Shown piece after piece: positions 1 to 8,146 of a stretch of DNA of 34,844 nucleotides. The DNA is from a virus (Duplodnaviria > Heunggongvirae > Uroviricota > Caudoviricetes). How positions within the stretch are numbered: position 1 is the stretch's first letter; every line of letters begins with the position of its first letter. The stretch spans positions 1 through 34,844 of the IMG/VR virus record IMGVR_UViG_2579778601_000008; one strand, written 5' to 3'. The position numbers and the translations under genes are program-made. Under the pieces are notes generated by a model. The model searched no databases, was not told the origin of the DNA, and saw only the letters and a list, made by a program, of their open reading frames with translations.

Positions 1-1011
1 TTATAACGTCACTCCGCCTTTTAGTGGATTCAGAGCGACGGCATTTTGCAGATAGTCAGGCGCAAGGTGCGCATAGGCCATCGTCTGCTGAATGCTCGCA
101 TGTCCCAGAATCTGTTGCAGTGCGATTATATTGCCCCCGTTCATCATGAAATGGCTTGCGAATGTATGCCGCAGGATGTGGGTTGCCTGATTGGGTGGTA
201 TATCAGGTTTCACTCTGCGTAAAATCCCGCAAAATTTCTCATAATCAACTTTGAATAATTTGGCGCTGGCCTCCTCTTTAACTTTTTTCTCCAGTTCCTC
301 AGAAATCGGCACGGTTCGCTTTTTACCGTTTTTGGTTTTCAGGAAGGTAACCCTGCAATTTGTAATCTGTGCTGGTTTTAGCGTGGCAACTTCCGTCCAT
401 CTTCCTCCAGTGCTCAGACATAAAAGCGCGACAAGTAAGTCATCACCAGCCAAAACATTTAACAGTTTTTCGATTTCTGCTTTTTCCAGGAACGTCATTT
501 CAGGGTTGGCCTCCGCCAGTGGCGGCAGTCCGTGAATTGGGTGTTGCCCGGAAAATTCATCCAATTGAATTAATTTTGTGAACATGCCGGATAATCTGTA
601 CATGTCACGGTTTATCGTTGCGGCACTGATACCATCACGTAGTCGCATGGAACGATAATCCATCAAAGCCCTTTTGCTCATCCTGCTCACTGGTATATCA
701 CCTATGCCGCTGATGGTTTTGAGTAGATGATTAAACTCTTTTGTTCCATGCTCGTGGTTTTGCCCGTGATATTTCCACCAGATGTCCAGCAACTCACTCA
801 AAGTCCGGCGGTCTGCTCGCTGGCCTCCCCATTCTTTCTGACTGGCATTGGCGATTGTGTATCGCTCAAATGCTAGTGCTTCAGCTTTTCTTTCGAATTT
901 CCTGCGGATGCGTTTTCCGTCGCGACCGCGAGGTCTAATGTCCACTTCATAGCGACCATCATCGAGCTTCTTAATTGCCATAAGAAAGCCCTCCGGCGCT
1001 GTATTCACCAT
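1..1011 (-). CDS. int: Phage integrase, tyrosine recombinase (P2 Int-like)
   Basis: 336-aa ORF; C-terminal catalytic region ...HILRHTFASHFMMNGGNIIALQQILGHASIQQTMAYAHL... typical of tyrosine recombinases; sits beside the C repressor as in P2. Stop codon is at window positions 1-3, so the gene is complete. Confidence 0.92.
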   Translation of the reverse strand: MVNTAPEGFLMAIKKLDDGRYEVDIRPRGRDGKRIRRKFERKAEALAFERYTIANASQKEWGGQRADRRTLSELLDIWWKYHGQNHEHGTKEFNHLLKTISGIGDIPVSRMSKRALMDYRSMRLRDGISAATINRDMYRLSGMFTKLIQLDEFSGQHPIHGLPPLAEANPEMTFLEKAEIEKLLNVLAGDDLLVALLCLSTGGRWTEVATLKPAQITNCRVTFLKTKNGKKRTVPISEELEKKVKEEASAKLFKVDYEKFCGILRRVKPDIPPNQATHILRHTFASHFMMNGGNIIALQQILGHASIQQTMAYAHLAPDYLQNAVALNPLKGGVTL

Positions 1012-1050
1012 CTTGGTAGCAAATGGTGAAAATGTAATCTTTATATAGAG

Positions 1051-1344
1051 TTAGCCAATCCTTTTCGTGGAGTGGTTGGACTCTGTTGACTCTGGCCCAA
1101 TGTGCGCGAGAGCCGGTGCGATTTGTCCTGCGTCCGGCGCGGTTTTATCTGTCATAAGCCATAGAGCATATTTTTGGAATGTGGGATGCATAGTGATTTT
1201 TAGCAAAGCTGTGCCACCGGGTTCAAAGTTTCCTCCTTCATATTTTTTAAGTGTGCTTAGCGGTAACTCTATGATTTCACAGAATTTTGATTGGCTTAGC
1301 CCTTCAGCCTCACGCAAGGCCTTAATCTTTTCGCTTAATTTCAT
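1051..1344 (-). CDS. C: Immunity repressor, P2 C-like (HTH)
   Basis: 97-aa ORF divergent from cox; C-terminus ...GQIAPALAH... resembles P2 repressor C as I recall it; position between int and cox. Confidence 0.8.
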   Translation of the reverse strand: MKLSEKIKALREAEGLSQSKFCEIIELPLSTLKKYEGGNFEPGGTALLKITMHPTFQKYALWLMTDKTAPDAGQIAPALAHIGPESTESNHSTKRIG

Positions 1345-1465
1345 TTGACATGGTGCCTATATAGGGACTAAATTCCCTCAAAACTGGAACCTATATAGGT
1401 TCCATTGATTTGAGAATAAACCAGCGTCTAAACGGTTTTGAGTGGTTTAGAAAGGGCTGGATCCT
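1345..1465. promoter_or_regulatory. C/cox divergent promoter-operator region (Pe/Pc switch)
   Basis: TTGACA at 1345-1350 with a candidate -10 CTAAAT 17 bp downstream; direct repeats CCTATATAGG at 1356-1365 and 1390-1399; the second lies inside a perfect 18-bp palindrome GGAACCTATATAGGTTCC (1386-1403). Confidence 0.6.
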
Positions 1466-1753
1466 ATGAGGGTACCATATATGGACGCTGAAAATTATGT
1501 GATTCAGTATCCGCTTGATGCGGTTCATGTGGATAAATTTGCTGATTTATTAGGGAAGCCAAAGACAGCCGTCAGTGAAATGGTGAAGGCAAATAAATTA
1601 CCAATTATTGAATTGCGTGATCCTTGCAAACCGAAGGCTCGTGCCGGTGAAAAATGGGTTTTCATTCCTGAGTTTAATCGCGCTGTACGTGAGGCGTTTT
1701 ATAACCGACCGGTTGAACAGCGTGATGCATGGCTTTTGTGGATGGGGTTGTGA
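1466..1753 (+). CDS. cox: Cox-like excisionase / transcriptional regulator
   Basis: 95-aa ORF first in the rightward early operon; C-terminal ...RDAWLLWMGL resembles P2 Cox. The true start could be the internal ATG at 1481. Confidence 0.75.
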   Translation: MRVPYMDAENYVIQYPLDAVHVDKFADLLGKPKTAVSEMVKANKLPIIELRDPCKPKARAGEKWVFIPEFNRAVREAFYNRPVEQRDAWLLWMGL

Positions 1754-1755
1754 TT

Positions 1756-1926
1756 ATGAATGAGCCGCGTTGTATTGCTCAGTTATTGCGTAACGAAAGC
1801 CCCAGGGCGATTGACTTCACCATCACCCACGGGAAGGGTCGCAAGGGAATCATTATCCGCACCAAAAAACAGAGTCCGTTAAAAAAGGCTCTGACCTTTC
1901 TGAAAAGCCGGAGGGTCTGGAAATGA
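1756..1926 (+). CDS. Small early protein (position of P2 orf78)
   Basis: 56-codon ORF starting MNEPRC..., ATG 2 nt after the cox stop, ending just inside the B start; basic protein. Confidence 0.5.
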   Translation: MNEPRCIAQLLRNESPRAIDFTITHGKGRKGIIIRTKKQSPLKKALTFLKSRRVWK

Positions 1927-2423
1927 CAGTGATGACGCTCAATCTCGTCGAAAAACAGCCAGCAGCTATGCGCCGGATAATTGGTAAGCATCTTGCCGTC
2001 CCTCGTTGGCAGGATACATGTGATTATTATAATCAGATGATGGAGCGCGAACGGCTAACAGTTTGCTTTCATGCGCAGTTAAAACAACGTCACGCAACGA
2101 TGCGTTTTGAAGAAATGAACGACGTCGAACGTGAACGGCTGGTTTGTGCAATTGATGAATTGCGTGGGGCATTCTCAAAACGCCGTCAGGTTGGCGCAAG
2201 TGAGTATGCATATATTAGTTTTTTAACAGTCAGTCAGCGTCGTACTTTATTTATGCATGCCGGATTGACTGAAAAAGAATTCAACCAGCCATACTGGCGA
2301 ATTAATGAAGAATCATGTTACTGGCGTGATGCTTTATTCCGTGCATTACGTGAACTATTCAGTCTGTTTGAGTATGCACCGACAATTCTGACGTCGGTAA
2401 AACCAGAGCAATATTTGCATTAA
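1923..2423 (+). CDS. B: Replication protein B (helicase-loader-like)
   Basis: 166-aa ORF, same length and position as P2 gene B; start overlaps the upstream stop. Confidence 0.85.
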   Translation: MTVMTLNLVEKQPAAMRRIIGKHLAVPRWQDTCDYYNQMMERERLTVCFHAQLKQRHATMRFEEMNDVERERLVCAIDELRGAFSKRRQVGASEYAYISFLTVSQRRTLFMHAGLTEKEFNQPYWRINEESCYWRDALFRALRELFSLFEYAPTILTSVKPEQYLH

Positions 2424-2486
2424 ATAATTAACCAGAGTTTTTAACGCACTTAATCGTGCGGGGCTTCTTTTTGCCTGGAGAAAGTC

Positions 2487-2711
2487 ATGCATACAGTTTC
2501 TGAAAATCAGTGCGGTAAATACGCATTACTGCTGCAACAGGCCAGAACCGAAGCACAGGCCGACGCTGCGACGCGCTTTTCTTCTCATCTTGACGCCATG
2601 ATTCGCCATATCACAAAGGCGGAGTTATCCCGCGTGGAGATAGTCGAGCTGCTCAGTCAGGAGTCGGAAAAATTTCACAATATCGGATTGTCTCGCGGGG
2701 AGGTGCTTTGA
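2487..2711 (+). CDS. Small early protein (position of P2 orf80)
   Basis: 74-aa ORF in the early operon between B and A; stop overlaps the next start. Confidence 0.6.
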   Translation: MHTVSENQCGKYALLLQQARTEAQADAATRFSSHLDAMIRHITKAELSRVEIVELLSQESEKFHNIGLSRGEVL

Positions 2712-3010
2712 TGTCCTGTTCTCATTCAGTTGTATTACTGAATAACGCCTTAAAAATCGCCGTTATGAAAAATGGCGATTTGTCTCTTATTCAACTTTGT
2801 CTTGATAAAGAAAAACGCGACATCACTGAATCTGTTATCGCGATTTATCAGAATGAATTAAACCTCCTGTCTGATGTGGTCAATTTACTTGTTAAACGCG
2901 CTGTATTCCACAAGCAAATTTCCTCCGTGGATGAACTGACAAAATTAACGACAGAACTTGCCAGTTATTGCGCTGATGTATCCAGGAAACTTAACGATAA
3001 AAGGAGCTGA
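2708..3010 (+). CDS. Small early protein (position of P2 orf81)
   Basis: 100-aa ORF, translationally coupled to neighbours. Confidence 0.6.
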   Translation: MMSCSHSVVLLNNALKIAVMKNGDLSLIQLCLDKEKRDITESVIAIYQNELNLLSDVVNLLVKRAVFHKQISSVDELTKLTTELASYCADVSRKLNDKRS

Positions 3011-3012
3011 TA

Positions 3013-3237
3013 ATGCCGGACAACGTAGATTTTATTCAGGAACAACAGACTGAATTACTGGAGCGCCAGATTAACGCGGCAAGGGTAAAACATTGCGGTG
3101 CTTCTGCGCTGGTTTGCGAAGAGTGTGACGCGCCAATACCTGCTGCCCGTCGTGCGGCTTATCCGTCAGCCACGCGTTGTGTTTCCTGTCAGTCAGTCTT
3201 TGAAGCAAAAAACAAACATTACCGGAGAACGGCATGA
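3013..3237 (+). CDS. DksA/TraR-type C4 zinc-finger protein (position of P2 orf82)
   Basis: 74-aa ORF with CxxC...CxxC spacing (CEECDAP...RCVSCQ) typical of TraR/DksA zinc fingers. Confidence 0.7.
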   Translation: MPDNVDFIQEQQTELLERQINAARVKHCGASALVCEECDAPIPAARRAAYPSATRCVSCQSVFEAKNKHYRRTA

Positions 3238-3509
3238 GTATTCGTATTGAAATTGGCGAACGTTATGTCGTTACCAGTGACAGCTTTCAGTTTATTCTCC
3301 ACGAGAAAAAGAGAGCGGAAAGCGGTAAAAACGCCGGTCAGGAATGGCTGTCGGTGGTTGGTTATTACCCGAAATTAAGCCAGCTCGTTTCCGGCCTGAT
3401 GCATCACGATATTCTGACCGGAAGCGCAAAGTCTTTTGCTGATTTAAACGTGCAGGTTGAGCAACTCAGCAAGCGTTGTTCAGAGGCTTTTGGCTCATAT
3501 GGCCGTTAA
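3234..3509 (+). CDS. Small early protein (position of P2 orf83)
   Basis: 91-aa ORF; its stop overlaps the start of gene A. Confidence 0.6.
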   Translation: MSIRIEIGERYVVTSDSFQFILHEKKRAESGKNAGQEWLSVVGYYPKLSQLVSGLMHHDILTGSAKSFADLNVQVEQLSKRCSEAFGSYGR

Positions 3510-5775
3510 AGCCTCCGGGCGTTTTGTCCCTCCGTCAGCATTTGCCGCAGGCACCGGTAAGGCGTTTACCGGTGCTTATGCATGGAACGCGCCACGCGAG
3601 GCTGTCGGGCGCGAAAGACCCCTTACACGTGACGAGATGCGTCAGGTGCAAGGGGTTTTATCCACGATTAACCGCCTGCCTTACTTTTTGCGCTCGCTGT
3701 TTACTTCACGCTATGACTACATCCGGCGCAATAAAAGCCCGGTGCACGGGTTTTATTTTCTCACATCCACTTTTCAGCGTCGTTTATGGCCGCGCATTGA
3801 GCGTGTGAATCAGCGCCATGAAATGAACACCGACGCGTCGTTGCTGTTTCTGGCAGAGCGTGGCCATTATGCGCGTCTGCCGGGGATGAATGACAAGGAG
3901 CTGAAAAAGTTTGCCGCCCGTATCTCATCGCAGCTTTTCATGATGTATGAGGAACTCTGCGATGCCTGGGTGGATGCGCATGGCGAAAAAGAATCGCTGT
4001 TTACGGATGAGGCGCAGGCTCACCTCTATGGTCATGTTGCTGGTGCTGCACGTGCTTTCAATATTTCCCCTCTCTACTGGAAAAAATACCGTAAAGGGCA
4101 GATGACCACGAGGCAGGCATATTCTGCCATTGCCCGTCTGTTTAACGATGAGTGGTGGACCCATCAGCTTAAAGGCCAGCGTATGCGCTGGCATGAGGCG
4201 TTACTGATTGCTGTCGGGGAGGTCAATAAAGACCGTTCTCCTTATGCCAGTAAACATGCCATTCGTGATGTGCGTGCACGCCGCCAGGCAAATCTGGAAT
4301 TTCTTAAATCGTGTGATCTCGAAAACAGGGAAACCGGCGAGCGCATCGACCTTATCAGTAAGGTGATGGGCAGTATTTCTAATCCTGAAATTCGCCGGAT
4401 GGAGCTGATGAACACCATTGCCGGTATTGAGCGTTACGCCGCAGCAGAGGGTGATGTGGGGATGTTTATCACGCTGACCGCGCCGTCAAAGTATCACCCG
4501 ACACGTCAGGTCAGAAAAGGCGAAAGTAAAACCGTCCAGCTAAATCACGGCTGGAACGATGAGGCATTTAATCCAAAGGATGCGCAGCGTTATCTCTGCC
4601 GTATCTGGAGCCTGATGCGCACGGCATTCAAGGATAATGATTTACAGGTCTACGGTTTGCGTGTCGTCGAGCCACACCACGACGGAACGCCGCACTGGCA
4701 TATGATGCTTTTTTGTAATCCGCGCCAGCGTAACCAGATTATCGAAATCATGCGTCGCTATGCGCTCAAAGAGGATGGCGACGAAAGAGGAGCCGCGCGA
4801 AACCGTTTTCAGGCAAAACACCTTAACCGGGGCGGTGCTGCGGGGTATATCGCGAAATACATCTCAAAAAACATCGACGGCTATGCACTGGATGGTCAGC
4901 TCGATAACGATACCGGCAGGCCGCTGAAAGACACTGCTGCGGCTGTTACCGCATGGGCGTCAACGTGGCGCATCCCGCAATTTAAAACGGTTGGTCTGCC
5001 GACAATGGGGGCTTACCGTGAACTACGCAAATTGCCGCGCGGCGTCAGCATTGCTGATGAGTTTGACGAGCGCGTCGAGGCTGCACGCGCCGCCGCAGAC
5101 AGTGGTGATTTTGCGTTGTATATCAGCGCGCAGGGTGGGGCAAATGTCCCGCGCGATTGTCAGACTGTCAGGGTCGCCCGTAGCCCGTCGGATGACGTTA
5201 ACGAGTACGAGGAAGAGGTCGAGAGGGTGGTCGGCATTTACGCGCCGCATCTCGGCGCGCGTCATATTCATATCACCAGAACGACGGACTGGCGCATTGT
5301 GCCGAAAGTTCCGGTCGTTGAGCCTTTGACTTTAAAAAGCGGCATCGCCGCGCCTCGGAGTCCTGTCAATAACTGTGGAAAGCTCACCGGTGGTGATACT
5401 TCGTTACCGGCTCCCACACCTTCTGAGCACGCCGCAGCAGTGCTTAATCTGGTTGATGACGATGTTATCGAATGGAATGACCCGGAGGTCGTGAGGGCGC
5501 TCAGGGGCGCATTAAAACACGACCGGAGAACGCCAAACCGTCAGCAAAGAAACGGAAGCCCGTTAAAACCGCATGAAATTGCACCATCGGCCAGACTGAC
5601 CCGGTCGGAACGATTGCAAATTACCCGTATCCGCGTTGATCTCGCTCAGAACGGTATCAGGCCGCAACGATGGGAGCTTGAGGCGCTGGCGCGTGGCGCG
5701 ACCGTAAATTATGACGGGAAACCTTTCACTTATCAGGTCGCTGATGATTGGCCGGGATTTTTGTTACCCATTTGA
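3499..5775 (+). CDS. A: Replication initiation protein A (rolling-circle nicking endonuclease)
   Basis: Start chosen at internal ATG 3499 (MAVKASGRFVPP...), which matches the P2 gpA N-terminus as I recall it; ~758 aa; follows B and the small orfs. Confidence 0.9.
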   Translation: MAVKASGRFVPPSAFAAGTGKAFTGAYAWNAPREAVGRERPLTRDEMRQVQGVLSTINRLPYFLRSLFTSRYDYIRRNKSPVHGFYFLTSTFQRRLWPRIERVNQRHEMNTDASLLFLAERGHYARLPGMNDKELKKFAARISSQLFMMYEELCDAWVDAHGEKESLFTDEAQAHLYGHVAGAARAFNISPLYWKKYRKGQMTTRQAYSAIARLFNDEWWTHQLKGQRMRWHEALLIAVGEVNKDRSPYASKHAIRDVRARRQANLEFLKSCDLENRETGERIDLISKVMGSISNPEIRRMELMNTIAGIERYAAAEGDVGMFITLTAPSKYHPTRQVRKGESKTVQLNHGWNDEAFNPKDAQRYLCRIWSLMRTAFKDNDLQVYGLRVVEPHHDGTPHWHMMLFCNPRQRNQIIEIMRRYALKEDGDERGAARNRFQAKHLNRGGAAGYIAKYISKNIDGYALDGQLDNDTGRPLKDTAAAVTAWASTWRIPQFKTVGLPTMGAYRELRKLPRGVSIADEFDERVEAARAAADSGDFALYISAQGGANVPRDCQTVRVARSPSDDVNEYEEEVERVVGIYAPHLGARHIHITRTTDWRIVPKVPVVEPLTLKSGIAAPRSPVNNCGKLTGGDTSLPAPTPSEHAAAVLNLVDDDVIEWNDPEVVRALRGALKHDRRTPNRQQRNGSPLKPHEIAPSARLTRSERLQITRIRVDLAQNGIRPQRWELEALARGATVNYDGKPFTYQVADDWPGFLLPI

Positions 5776-5992
5776 GTAAAAATACAGCGTGATTTTATAT
5801 GTCTTTGAATGGATTATGCGAAGCACCTCTAAGGTAGATGAGGAGCAATAGCGTGTTGAATCAGAAGGCTAAATTGTATTGAATCGTTAGCATGTAATTG
5901 AAGGCAGCTATTTGATTCGAGTCATAAAAGAGCATCTATTTCGGTTAATAAAACCATTGCGAGTGACTTTATGTCGAAGCATAATTCATCTC

Positions 5993-6006
5993 GAGCGAAG
6001 TCTTGC
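5993..6006. repeat. 14-bp direct repeat GAGCGAAGTCTTGC, copy 1 (preceded by GAGTGACT at 5961)
   Basis: Exact 14-mer recurs at 6257-6270; both copies are preceded by GAGTGACT. Confidence 0.8.
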
Positions 6007-6035
6007 TAGTCTTTCATCGGATTGATGACGGGCGC

Positions 6036-6067
6036 AAAAAAACCACCCTGGCAGGTGGTTTTTTTGT
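6036..6067. terminator. Bidirectional intrinsic terminator
   Basis: GC-rich hairpin (AACCACC..GGTGGTT) flanked by A7 upstream and T7 downstream; lies downstream of gene A (+) and of the small minus-strand ORF. Confidence 0.7.
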
Positions 6068-6077
6068 TTGAAGCATA

Positions 6078-6191
6078 CTAAAGAAAAATACTTACATGGA
6101 TATTACTGACGTTTACTGACAAACCACTCGGACTACCATATGGATAGCCAAAGAGGGCCAGAACGAGAATGCAGTAATAGCACTTCTTCAT
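6078..6191 (-). CDS. Candidate small hydrophobic peptide (37 aa), possible type-I-toxin-like or small membrane protein
   Basis: My own translation, not in the supplied ORF track (below its length cutoff): MKKCYYCILVLALFGYPYGSPSGLSVNVSNIHVSIFL. AGGAGG lies 4 nt upstream of the ATG; the stop codon is directly followed by the intrinsic terminator. Confidence 0.35.
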   Translation of the reverse strand: MKKCYYCILVLALFGYPYGSPSGLSVNVSNIHVSIFL

Positions 6192-6256
6192 ATCGCCTCC
6201 TGTAAGCAGAGGGCAATTTCCGCCGATATATGCGCTTCTAAGGCGGAGTGACTATT

Positions 6257-6270
6257 GAGCGAAGTCTTGC
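6257..6270. repeat. 14-bp direct repeat GAGCGAAGTCTTGC, copy 2 (preceded by GAGTGACT at 6246)
   Basis: Exact match to 5993-6006; the two copies bracket the terminator and the 37-codon ORF. Confidence 0.8.
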
Positions 6271-6912
6271 CCTGAAATAATGCTCTGTTTAAACGCAAAG
6301 TGATCTGGCATATCACCGAACAGAGGACCTGAACAACACAACATATAGTATGTCGTTGTTTCTGGTTGCATTTTATGTTGTGTAATACTGGTTTTGCATC
6401 AAGGATGTTTGAGCTTTTTTTGATATAGCTCAAAGTAAAAAGCAGAGACTACGGATGATAAGGTCTTGAAAGCAATGTAAATTTTTTAAAGTTGTGAGTG
6501 GCTAGAAATGCACAGTTTCAATATGGCGGATTTAAACAAGTAATTAAAAATAGCGACATAAATTCCAATAAAATCATTAAGTTGCGTTTTCTGTGGAAAC
6601 TTCGGTGACTCTGAAATTTTCTTTTAGTGTCGCTGAGGTTTAACAACGCGCTGCGCAAGTAGTTAGTGTTTTTTTAACTCAATATTCTGATTTATAAGGT
6701 TTTTTATAAATCGTGGACTGGTTGCGCGTATTCATCTCGTGTTATCAGCAAAGATAAGCTCTATATGCAGAACGGAATGCATATATGATGTCGAAAATGT
6801 TATGGGAAAACGTGGATTAGTGTTATAGTAATGGCTGAAAAACAGCCTTGACATAAAATAACAACTGTGATATGGCTGTGCATACTTAACTTTTTTAACG
6901 TAGGAGGCAACC

Positions 6913-7398
6913 ATGAGCTATGCAGCTAAAAAACTGCTTGACCGCTATTGGGATCGCCGACTACCTGTCGATCCGTTTAAGCTTGCTAAAGCGTGGGGTG
7001 CTCGTGTTGAAGCACTTGAGGAATCGGCTTATAACAACGATGGGTTAAGCGGTCTGGCTGTCATCAAAAAGGGTGTCCATAGGATTTATTTTGATTCTAG
7101 TGAACATTCTAATCGTCAACGTTTTACTGTTGCACACGAGTTAGGTCATCATGTGCTGGGGCATACCCAGGACGGAGAGTACCATCGGGATAATGTCGGG
7201 AATTATTCAACAGGTGCTCGTGATTACCGTGAGGTTGAAGCAAACAAGTTTGCTGCTGAGTTGTTAATGCCTGAGTCTGCTATACGTCAATTGGTATCCA
7301 GAGAAGGTATTGATAGCACTTTGAGATTAGCAAGCATCTTTAATGTATCAGAAGCCGCTATGCATTGGCGCTTAAAGAGCTTAGGAATGGCTTATTAA
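6913..7398 (+). CDS. ImmA/IrrE-family (DUF955-like) zinc metallopeptidase, no attached HTH domain
   Basis: 161-aa ORF with HEXXH motif in ...FTVAHELGHHVLGH...; AGGAGG 6 nt upstream of the ATG; AT-rich upstream region with TTGACA at 6848. Confidence 0.75.
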   Translation: MSYAAKKLLDRYWDRRLPVDPFKLAKAWGARVEALEESAYNNDGLSGLAVIKKGVHRIYFDSSEHSNRQRFTVAHELGHHVLGHTQDGEYHRDNVGNYSTGARDYREVEANKFAAELLMPESAIRQLVSREGIDSTLRLASIFNVSEAAMHWRLKSLGMAY

Positions 7399-7425
7399 TT
7401 AGCCTTTAACTTTTAACCTGTTTAA

Positions 7426-7462
7426 AATCACCTTTACGTTTGTACATGTAAGGGTGATTTTT
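7426..7462 (+). terminator. Hairpin plus T-tract between the peptidase and membrane-protein genes (possible attenuator or partial terminator)
   Basis: Inverted repeat AAATCACCTTT...AAGGGTGATTT followed by TTTTTT running into the ATG at 7465. Confidence 0.4.
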
Positions 7463-7464
7463 TT

Positions 7465-8064
7465 ATGGCTGATATTGATTTATCTGGACAGTCCCCAGAG
7501 CAAGGAACCACTCCTAAGGGCGATTCAGATCCTGATATCCTTATAAGGCGAGATAGACGGGATGGTATAGAGCGTAGAAGTATGCGATTAGTGCTCTCTG
7601 CCGTTGTGCTTTGTTTTGCTTGTACATTTCTATGGCAGGGGCTTAACTTTGCTTTGGCTGTTGGAAATGGCTTGCTGGAAGCGAAAAGCAGTATTGCCGC
7701 AGCGATAACACAAAAAGTAGATACACAAACTTGTGTTTCAGCAGAAAAATGTTCTGCTTTATCTTCGGATCCGAAGATGGCTGATGAGAGGATAACACCA
7801 TCTTCAGACACTAATAAAGTTAGAAAATCTATTTCTGGTTTATCCACCGATTGGTTATCGGCCAGTTCTCTAATAGCTATTGTTGCATTCATCCTTGGTG
7901 TGGGTTTAACTTTGCTTTTGACTCTTCTTAAATCAGCATTTCAACACCCGACAGATAAAGACTTTAGAACAAAGTCGACATCTAATACTATTGAGTTGGC
8001 CACGCCAATCAGTGAATTAATAATTGGTGTTCTGAATATAATTAAAGACAAACTATCTAAGTAA
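7465..8064 (+). CDS. Predicted two-TM membrane protein of unknown function
   Basis: 199-aa ORF; charged N-terminus (RRDRRDGIERR); hydrophobic segments LVLSAVVLCFACTFLWQGLNFALAV and SLIAIVAFILGVGLTLLLTLL; two Cys in the intervening loop; amphipathic C-terminus; co-oriented with the peptidase gene. Confidence 0.6.
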   Translation: MADIDLSGQSPEQGTTPKGDSDPDILIRRDRRDGIERRSMRLVLSAVVLCFACTFLWQGLNFALAVGNGLLEAKSSIAAAITQKVDTQTCVSAEKCSALSSDPKMADERITPSSDTNKVRKSISGLSTDWLSASSLIAIVAFILGVGLTLLLTLLKSAFQHPTDKDFRTKSTSNTIELATPISELIIGVLNIIKDKLSK

Positions 8065-8146
8065 AGCATTAGTTGTGATTTTTTATTGGTTTTAGTGATA
8101 ATACATCTCCAGTACTTATTGTTACTGGAGAGTATTTTTAGTCGTT

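Noticed and set aside
6188-6433. 81-aa minus-strand ORF in the A-cos island
   Set aside because: No ribosome-binding site, unusual Cys/His-rich low-complexity translation, and it spans the repeat and promoter region; more likely non-coding. The 37-codon ORF just downstream is better supported.
6913-7398. ImmA-like peptidase as the CapP-type regulator of a CBASS or similar signalling system
   Set aside because: No nucleotidyltransferase, cyclase, effector or HTH partner gene is present nearby; the only co-oriented neighbour is a small membrane protein.
7434-7892. 152-aa minus-strand ORF overlapping the two-TM protein gene
   Set aside because: Antisense to the better-supported plus-strand gene and begins inside the intergenic hairpin; treated as a shadow ORF.
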